Below, one piece after another: positions 52,724 to 64,000 of a stretch of 64,000 nucleotides of DNA. The first letter of the stretch is position 1; the number at the start of each line of letters is the position of its first letter. The stretch covers positions 43,462,001 through 43,526,000 of the forward strand of contig NC_043000.1 of NCBI RefSeq assembly GCF_006345805.1. The letters run 5' to 3'. The translations under genes and the position numbers were made by a program. This DNA comes from Octopus sinensis. Taxonomy: Eukaryota. The notes below the pieces were generated by a model, which worked only from the letters and a program-made list of their open reading frames with translations, made no database searches and had not been told where the DNA came from.

Positions 52724-53198
52724 TGTGTGTGCGTGCTTGTGAGTGTTGTCCGTGTTTGAAGGAGTGCTTGTATTGATAAATGTGTCCTTTTTGTGAATAC
52801 ATATACAAAGGCACCATGATATATATATATAAACTTATAAGACAAGGATATAATCATAAAAAGGATTTTATCAGTGGCCTAGGGCATAAAATGACCGTAT
52901 AGGTAACATTAACTATTTTACGTATGTAATTATAAGAATATGATAATAGTTAAGAGCTACATGTAATAAATTGAATAGAGGGAACAAATTTTAGAGTGAA
53001 GTGTAGGTATTCGGCATCCACTTCTAGCGCATGTGCTGGTCATTTCCAGTAGCTCTTAACTATAATCGTATACTTTTCGTATCTGGCAATATCCTTTATG
53101 GGAACTCATGTTCACATGAATATGCAGAATGCATGCACACACGCACATACATACATATATGCATATACAAACAAACATACACACATGTATACATAAAC

Positions 53199-53398
53199 GC
53201 AGGAGTGGGCGTGTGGTAAGTAGCCTGCTTTCCAACCACATGATTCCAGGTTCAGTCCCATTGAGTGGCATCTTGCGCAAGTGTCTTCTTCTATAGCCTC
53301 GGGCCGACCAAAGCCTTGTGAGTAGATTTGGTAGACGGAATCTGAAAGAAGTCTGTCGTATATATGTGTATATATACACACACACACACACACACACG

Positions 53399-53460
<62 letters not shown>

Positions 53461-53691
53461 CATATATATATATATATGTGTGTGTGTGTATGTTTGTGTG
53501 TCTATGTTTGTTCCCCCAACATCGCTTGACAACCGACGATAGCGTGTTTACGTCCCCGTAGCCTAGCGGTTCGGCAAAAGAAACCGATAGAATAAGTACT
53601 ACGCTTCCAAAGAATAATTCCTCGGGTTGTTTGATCGACTGAAGGCGGTGCTCCAGCATGGCCGCTGTCAAATGACTGAAACAAGTAAAAG
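53199..53691 (+). mobile_element. SINE family A, full length
   Basis: GGTTCAGTCCC B-box-like motif, CORE-like catcttgcgcaagtg, internal (CA)n(TA)n(TG)n, same tail as the 49472 copy. Confidence 0.9.
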
Positions 53692-56135
53692 AGAGATACA
53701 TATATACATACATACGTACGTGAATACAACATATTCATGTGCATACAGAAGCACACATGGAATCTAATGCATATGCATGTGCAGAAACAGAAAAAACACA
53801 ACTCCAATAACGAACAGAGTCAGCATTCATTGACAATGTTGCAAGCTCAACGAAAACCTTTTGAAGAAAAAATATAAAGAAGAAATAAGAGGAAACCTAA
53901 CTGGTGGGTGTGTTCAACTTGTCTGTCGAAAAAGTGCCCTTTGTTACAAGTAAATGCTGATGAAATCATTTCACACCTTTCTGATTTTCCTTACCAAAAC
54001 AAGTAGAACTTGTGCAACAATGTGACACATAACATATTGTCACCCGGGAAGAAGATGTTTTATGCTCAAGAAAGAGTGTGTATTTGATAGAAGTTGTCGA
54101 AATACATATGTAGTTCATATGAGTTGCAAATTGTAGGGGATGGTATTCCCTGTACTTAGATTTAGTTTCTTTGAGTCACAAAATCAGCCCTCTTTTAAAA
54201 TGAAGTAAAAAATATCTGAAAATTTGTTATATTAAACATTTATTTCTTATTAAGGATGTAGTTTGCTTCATTCACAAAATCTGCATTTTTTAAAAGGAAG
54301 TAAAAAATCTGAAAATTGGTTATCTTGATGCAGTTTTACAAGCTTGTTCCTATGAAGCTATTTACTTCTGGAGAAATAATTTGACATACACAAAATTCGT
54401 GGTTTTAAAATACAGAGACCAAATCGTTTCTCTTTCTAATTTCGAAATAATTTTTTAAATACTTCAAAATCAAAATTGCGTAAATATGCGTGCCAGAAAC
54501 ACTAGTTCAATATTACGGAAAAAAGATTTTTGGGAGATCTCTTGTTATGACTAACTTTTATTTCATTATTCTAATATCTTCAGAAAATTATATATATATA
54601 CATGTATAAATTCACACAGAAACATACAAATATATATACATACAAATTTTTACACAGTTAGTTTTATATACAACCTTGTATATATATAGATATTTCGACT
54701 TATCTACACAATTGTGCCCCAAAGATTTGCTTCTTCATAACCTTGAGAAAATTAAATATTCCTTTTCTACAAATATGCTTCAGATCATGTAAATTCCGAT
54801 TAAATTGGAATTCATTGTGAAAACCGTTTGTCTCTATAGGAGTGTTAGAAAATCCACACCATTAGGCATTGTTTTATAGACATATATGTATATATACGTG
54901 GGTGTATAAGTATTGTTTTAATTATACCTTTATACACGCACATATATACATAAAACTGGCACACCGTTGGTTACGACAATCACAAGTATATAAAACTTCT
55001 TCACCACTCTTCCAAGTTCATTTTTTCCTCTTAAAAAGAAGGCTCTCGTCTACTTGGACTATATGTCGTACAACTGCAAGCCTGTCTGTTTGCTGATATT
55101 GCTGATGGACATGCAGCATGTCACAAGCATTTCACATGTAAAGTCCAGGATTATATGGAAAAGTGTGAAGACCGCCAATTGACTTGCTTTCATTAAAGTA
55201 TTTAAAAATTATTTGGAAATCATAAAGAGAAATGAAAGGTAAATTTTTACTGTCTGTATTTTAAAACCACGAATTAAAACAAATTTTTTATTGCATAATC
55301 TTATCAATTCCATTATGCAGAAGACAGAATCGAAAAAAAATTTGAAAAATTTCATAAAAATACAAGTTATGAGGAGTTTTAGCATGAGCTTGCATCATAA
55401 TCCCACCCATTCATATGTGTGTGTTAGTGTGCGTGCGTGTGTGTATGTGTTTGCTAGTGTATGTTTCGTTTAGTTTTTGTTTACTTTTACACATCAACAA
55501 ATGAGCCAATGCGATAGTCTCTGTGTGGTTCTTCAGTTTACTAGAAATAACAGCCAAATCTCCCTGATACTATGGCCTTGTTAGTATTAAGGAAAAGGAA
55601 AATGTTTACTCTTCTCAATCATTGCAATTAAAATTAATATTTTTGATTTTGTTCGGCTCTTTGTATTTAATTTTCTTTAAATGTTTCTGTCCATTGCTTG
55701 ATACAGGAAATTGGAAAATCCTGACGAAAACAGAGCAATATTAACTTAACAAAAATATAGAATGCGAAAGAAAAGATTCTGTTTCCCAAAGCCAAAAGAC
55801 GTGTTTTTAGCTGGGGTGTAATTTTATTAAAACAAATTAAAAATTTAAATTTCAGAACATGTGACTTAACACGTTACCTGGTGTATAACTGCAGTTCAAA
55901 TTGGAACAAAACCTTAAAAAAAGTGTGTGTGTGTGTATGTTTGTTTGTGTGTGTGTGTGGATGAGTTTTTAATAGTCAAGCGCAATTTAATTTCAATTTC
56001 AGAAAAGAATTCAAAACGGCAATACACTCAATCATATACGTACAAACATACCCAGACATACACAAATACATACATATCGGCCATTCTCAAAGACCAGTTT
56101 GATCCCAAATCCTGACCACCATTCTTTATATATTT

Positions 56136-56173
<38 letters not shown>

Positions 56174-56393
56174 ACACAAACACATTCAGCTTCTCGCTTT
56201 CATTCATTACATTTTTGCTTTTAATCATCTGTCACTATTCATCTGTTTTTAGATTTGTTTTTGTTACGGCATGCATAAAGGTGTGTCGCTTATCAATATA
56301 TTGAGTTCATGAAATATATGCAGTAAAAGATTTGAGAAGTAAAACAATAGCAAAGGAGAAAATGAGAGGACAAATGCTGTTACTTCCATAGTT

Positions 56394-57197
<804 letters not shown>

Positions 57198-58202
57198 CAC
57201 ACGTTTTTCCCAATTATAATGTATCATTTTATTTGTAACAAGCATACGTCAAAATAATGATAATGAGAATAGCAAAGCAACTGCGGAATATAAAGTCAAA
57301 CTGAACTCTGATTAAAGAAAAAGAGTTAAAAATTTACTCACAGTTAATAATAGACAATATAAATATGACACTGGTGAACTGAAAACAAAATAGCATATTA
57401 TATAAGTTCATATTTGACGGGCGAATGTACTTCTTTGCGGTATTTAGCAGCTCTCTCCATACTAGGAACAATGGATTGTCTGGAGTAGTTATATTTGTAC
57501 ATGTAGTAATGGTCTTGTGTTTGAATAAGTAGTTGAATTATATATTTGTGTATCACGATATGCATTTTTAATCTCTTGAAATGAATTATTTCATTTTTGC
57601 CATGCAGAAACACAAAAAACATTATATAATATTTTTGAAGTCTCTGTAAAATATGGTTAGTTCGCGTGTACGGTGTGTGTGCTATACAAATTATCTTTTC
57701 ACTTTACCGTTTGCTTGTGGATACTTTTCATATTGATAGATTTGCTAGGAATTGCATAAATGCACCCAATATTCCAGTCCTTATTTAGATGGCAATTGTA
57801 TCAAGTAAATGACTTATGATAGTTAAACATTAAACAACCAAAGTTAATTTTCTAAGGTTAATGACCAAACCATATTATGATAATTAGTAACAGAAAACTG
57901 TTGCTTCAATGCTGTCTATGCTGTGATACCAAAAAGAAACACTAATGATTAATAAGTCATCGAAGACAATATACACGACGTGATGAAATCCATCGACAAA
58001 TATTTGGGATCTAAATCAACTTAATCGCGAAGTCATAAGTCCCTCTGATAAATTCATATTCTTCAGAGTGTGTGGCTAAAGCAATTTTGTGACCGGCTTC
58101 TGTTGGAATCTGATCATGTGCACTAACTAAATTTAAATTTGAAAACTTACAGCAGTAAGTTGTAACACTTTGTAGGGGATATCTTGTAAAATTTATCTTC
58201 TA

Positions 58203-58407
58203 CATGTTTCAATCATTACACTGCGGCCATTCTGGAGCAACCGTTTACAGACGTTTTAGTCGAATGAATCGACCCCAGTACTTATGTTTTTTTTTTGTTA
58301 AGTTTGGTACTCATCCTCGAGGGTCTTTTTGCCGAACCGCAAGTTAAAAGGACAAAAACATGCCAACATCGGTTGTCAAGCGGTGGTAGGAAACAAACAC
58401 AAACACC

Positions 58408-58449
<42 letters not shown>

Positions 58450-58590
58450 TATAAACACACACTCACTCACTCACTCATTCACAATCACACATATACGACA
58501 GGATTCTTTACTTTCCCGTCAATCAAATCCAAAGCTATAGTAGAAAACACTTGCTCAAGTTGCCATTCAGTGGAACTGGACCCGGAGGTT
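58203..58590 (-). mobile_element. SINE family A, degraded
   Basis: Reverse complement of tail, body (gccgaaccgcaag, ggttgtcaagcgg), (CA)n and partial head. Confidence 0.75.
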
Positions 58591-59774
58591 ACTTATCAGT
58601 CTTTATTCAACTAAAATTTCAAGTGAAATGCACATGATTTACTATTCTCCGTCTTACTTCAATATACGAAATAGTACCAAAAGTACTTTTAATATAACAT
58701 TTCACTTCACCATATGAGGCTCGCCAAAAAAATGTGCCTCCATTTACGCAAGCCAGTTCACTGCTTCCTTGATCCTATGCAGATGTGATGAGAGGAATGT
58801 AGCCTCTGGTCTCGCTTGAAAAAATTACTAGCGTTTATCGGTGATCGTAAGAATAAATAAACATGCTATAACAGCGATTATAAAAGTACAAGTATACGGC
58901 ATGTTACGTAAAGTTTCGAGAAGTGGATAACACATGAAAAATATCTTACCCGAATTCTAGGAGAGACAAACTGTTTTAAAAGTAACGGAGACTCATTATA
59001 AATAAATCAGGCTTGTTTTACCGTCGTAGCCAGTTACGGCAGTACAAATAAACAAATAAACCGAAGGCGATGAAGGATAAATATCAATAAAAAAAAATAT
59101 TCTTTCTGATTATCAGACGAAATATATTGAGAAATCTGCCATGTATTCAGAGGAATTAAAAAAGAGTTTTTTGTAGTTGAGAACAGAATTTTTGTACCAG
59201 AGAGAGGGGTCGCGTTGTTCATCTAAAAATTCGGAGTCAATGTTTGTGACATTTATTATGTGGACAACAGTGATCATAAATATAAATATGTATTTGCATA
59301 GATTTATATTTAAATGTTTATAAATTACTCATGTACCAAAACATACTTATATGATTTTGCTGATCATTTCTCCATACCTGTAATTTCTACTTAAAGATGT
59401 AAAACATAGGAGATGCAGAGGAGCTTCTCAGTAAGATTTTTTATATTGTATGTATTGTACATTATTATCGAAATAAAATAAAATAGAATAAATGCGTTCA
59501 TAAGTAGATTGAAATAGATAGGAAAAGCGTAGAATTAGAAGACGCTGGAAACACATCACGCGCAGCAAAATGATGAAGATCCTCATGACATTCTTGTTGA
59601 ATTGCGTGAGTCCCAAATCAGCAATTTATTGGCAAAACTTTCCACAAATGCAAGTTGGCAGGAAATTTACATAATTTCCTCAATATTCTCAGCCGTGAGC
59701 TAATCCTCGCATCTCAACTATGCTTAATCGTTAAACAATGATATGAGGGTTATACTTTCTTAAAGACTGGCAAT

Positions 59775-59990
59775 GACTTCCATTTCTATATAAATATGTT
59801 GTTGTACACAGCTGGGAATCCAGGAGAGGCTGTTGGGCTGTGGGGGACATCTTGATACAAGTGATACAGAGAAACGTTTGACTACCATTTCTATATAAAT
59901 ATGTTGTTGTACACAGCTGGGAATCCAGGAGAGGCTGTTGGGCTGTGGGGGACATCTTGATACAAGTGATACAGAGAAACGTTTGACTAC
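59775..59990. repeat. 105-bp direct tandem duplication
   Basis: ccatttctatataaat...gaaacgtttgacta starts at 59780 and again at 59885. Confidence 0.95.
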
Positions 59991-60917
59991 CGAGGATAAA
60001 CACTAATGACATATTTCGAAATTCTGTCGAGCATTATTTGGAGCCAGTATCTGTCAAAGTGTTTTCGTTCAATTTTCAGACATCTAATATATGCTTTTAC
60101 AAAATATTTATTTCTTTATATACTCATTGTTATATGAATATTTTTACATTGTCAGTTTCACTGTATTGATGCTACCTGCGTTTAGTTGGTCTGAAAAATT
60201 CAGCAATTAAACAACTCAGATCACATTCCTTACGCTAATGCAAAGCAGAGTTAAAAGTGTTCATGCCCCCCATGCCTGGAGAAATATTGATCATATGTCA
60301 GGTCTATCTGACATTACCTATGGCTACATATTTCCATTGTGTCTGTTTTTATGTCATTAACGCTCAATATTATCGCACCAACTAAGTCAAATTTGACATT
60401 TGCATCACACATTTACTTCACATGACATGTGGATCATACATACTAAACTACTTGGTTTTGACGCAGAAACGCCATTAAATTAAAACATTTACAATCAAGA
60501 GAGAATGATCTCAAAGTCTACGGTGACATTCTATGGCTGCCGGTTTAATATGACAGTGTTGCAGCATTGTGTCTTTGGTCAAGACATTTAGCTTTTAACT
60601 CTAAGTAATGCTACCAGCAGCAGCAGCAGCAGTAGGTAGCATCAGCAAAATGAAGCAGAATATAAAAGTATTCATGTAAGAATGAGTGATAAACAAATAT
60701 ATATTTTGCAAAAGCTTATATTGAATCTCTAAAAATATATTTCTGCGGAATGTTTGAGCATTTCGTGTCTTGTATATAAGAAGAGGAGATATTTTCGTAA
60801 AGTTTTATAAGATCATCAGACATTATTTTATAGTAGTACTATAATTTTATCGAGTTTTAATCCATTGATCTGGTCATATATTATTTGATTTAGTCTGCAC
60901 CCATATTCCCTCATATA

Positions 60918-61108
60918 ATGGTTTCAAATTTTGACACATGCCAGCAAATTCAGAGTAGGTGGTCTGCCGATTACATCGACATCAGGATTCAAGTAAGACT
61001 TATTTCATCAATCCCCCAAAAAGTGAAAAGCAAAGTCAGCCTCTGCAGAACTTGAACTCGGAACTTAAAGAAGGACGAAATGCCGCTAAGCATTTTGCAT
61101 GGCGTGCT
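60918..61108 (-). mobile_element. SINE family B copy
   Basis: Colinear with 12955-13171 (ggtttcaaat...gcaaagtcagcctc...gaaatgcc). Confidence 0.75.
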
Positions 61109-63124
61109 ACCTCATATTTCTCTAATAATGATCATCCACGTTCATATTTACATTTACGGCAATGATTTTAAGATGATTATGATATATTTAAACGTTATCT
61201 TTTGTTAGTCTTCATGACCATCAGTAAATTATATATGAAGTATCACATGAAGGAAGTGCTAAATACGAATATTATTTTAGAAGTACAAAGGGCAAAACGA
61301 TGGGAAATTAATTTATCAGCGGGCTGAGGAGCTATTGATAAAACAAACTAGATAATTAAATTGTACATACACACTCGGCATGATAGAGTGGAGAAATCAA
61401 ATTTGCATGAAAACCTGCCTCTCGTTGAAATAAAGTTCAGAAGGATCTAAACATGAATGCCCTAAAAATTGCACTCCCCCATTAAGAAAAAAAACATGAA
61501 GGAAAAGTACAATGCAACAATATATAAACCTGCTTGTTAAATATTAATCTGAGGCAAAAGTAAACCAGTGCAATCCTCAGAGACACTATTTCTACATCGA
61601 TCACTCGCGAACGCCCCCTCCCCAAGACAACCCCACCCTACCACTACCATCACCAAGAACAATACTAGTTCCACCACAGCCATCACCAATACCAAAGCCG
61701 TTGTCGCCACCGGCATCATCTCTAACAGGCCTCGTAAAATAATGAAAATGATGTCAATCATAACTGGAATTAGTTGCGGAAAATATTTATTTTACATCTA
61801 CAGTTAAACAAGAGCATTTCACTAATCCAATACTGTTCTACGGACGTGCCACCGCGCGTCTGGTAGTTTGTGTGTGTATTTGTGTGTGTGTGTATGTGTG
61901 TAACTATCTGTATGTGGGTGAGTGAGGGTGTGCGTGTGTAAATAATCCTAGGGTTATAGTGTAAAAGTACAAATGACCTGCGCAGTCATATCGAACACAG
62001 TACCAAGATGTGAAGCTAACAACGGAAGACCAGAGAGCTATACGCAAATTATCATCAATTGAAGAGTAAGATAAACTGACTAAAATAACGACAGTTAATA
62101 CGTAAACATAATACGAAAACAATTAATCGTATAACTATTAAAGTTAAATCTGTTGTAAGATTTCGAAATCCTCATTCCATCTTTAGCCATATATTCTGAC
62201 TACTTGCTGTTTACTTTACACTATGTTAATCCATAGAAGAATCTATTGAAAAACTCTGTGTGTTGTCATTACAAATCGAAGATTTAAAACACGAACAAAA
62301 GCTGAAATATTGAAACTAAGTGGAAAATAATGAATCATCCGTTTAGGAAGAATTCTATACTGAATTTATAGCATTGTGTTATGATAATGGATATATATGT
62401 GTAGCTGCGCTTGATGTGAAGCGACTGCATGATCTGCTCTAATATTTTTGTAGTCGTTATATATTGATGAAATCTGACAGGTGAGATACCTTACAAGTCG
62501 TGGTGAGCGATTAGATTATGTTAACGTGCTCGGACTTCAAAATTTAATGATTATAAAATAAATGTCGTCCCAGAGATGCTGAAAATTTTCAAGAACAGAA
62601 ATATCATATTTCAAGAAATATGCCAGTGAAGAATACGACACTTGTTTCCTAAGACAATTTTATATTTAATGTGCAAAACACAGTGAAATATGTACATAGA
62701 ATGGTACAAACAAAAGCACACACACATACACGCGTATACACAGGTGCATTTAAACTATATGTCAAGCACAAACAGCGAATACAAACATACAAGTATAAAT
62801 CTATTTAGACGTAGAAATTAAAGAAGATATAAAAGTAATTTCTAAAGTTTTCCATCTACCTTCATATCTGCAAGTTAGACCAACTTGGGAATACAAAACA
62901 CTTATCAGATTTAATAATGCAAAAGACAACCTATGGTTTTAGAGAATGCAATATTGTTTCGAGGCATGTGATATAGACATTATCACACACTGGGATTCAT
63001 ACAAATAAGAAAACAGAACTATGCATCACCTAGACTGCATTACAAGCTGGATACATGAATTTTCTGTAACTTTTTTCTTCCGTGGTTTGACATTAGAATT
63101 ACCACGTCTGTCTATCTCTCTGAA

Positions 63125-63620
<496 letters not shown>

Positions 63621-64000
63621 GAATTATTTTTTCGTATCACTAATGCTATTACAGTTTTTTCCTAAATTATGCTATGAATGTTTGGTTCCGTGGCACAAAC
63701 AATTTATAGCATATTGGTTTTTCATATAGGTAGTAAGAATTTCAAACTTTATAATTTTCCGATATTTCTTCGATCCCTGCAGTTACTTAATCAGTTGTTA
63801 TAGTAAATTTTGCAGATCATTGTGTGAAATGCACATGAAGTGGAATCATGCACACATAATTATATATACCCAATTTCGCAAGCAAAACGGATCTATAAAC
63901 AGGGAAATCTTATTGTTACTGTTCTTAATGGCGCGCTCACAAAAATAATTTTCTGTATATGTGTTATATGTATTTTGTATATTATATATTAAATATTATA

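Overview
AT-rich, repeat-dense eukaryotic DNA with no host protein-coding exon I can recognise. The SINE types and very high microsatellite load suggest a cephalopod (octopus-like) genome; that is inference from composition. The window holds decayed mariner and Tc1 transposons, a Chapaev3-like element, a non-autonomous Helitron, a CR1-type LINE RT, R4/Dong-like RLE retrotransposon pieces, two Penelope-like element (PLE) RT remnants, two tRNA-derived SINE families and many microsatellites. Most ORFs in the track are microsatellite or chance artefacts. The main signal is six sequence-unrelated minimal type-I hammerhead ribozyme (HHR)-like motifs, each in a short block next to a (TA)n array. One looks intact, with a compensatory U3-A8 core pair, in a 362-bp tandem unit. 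One sits at the 3' end of a PLE, and one is mirrored inside a 415-bp near-perfect palindrome. All folds were read by eye and not tested.
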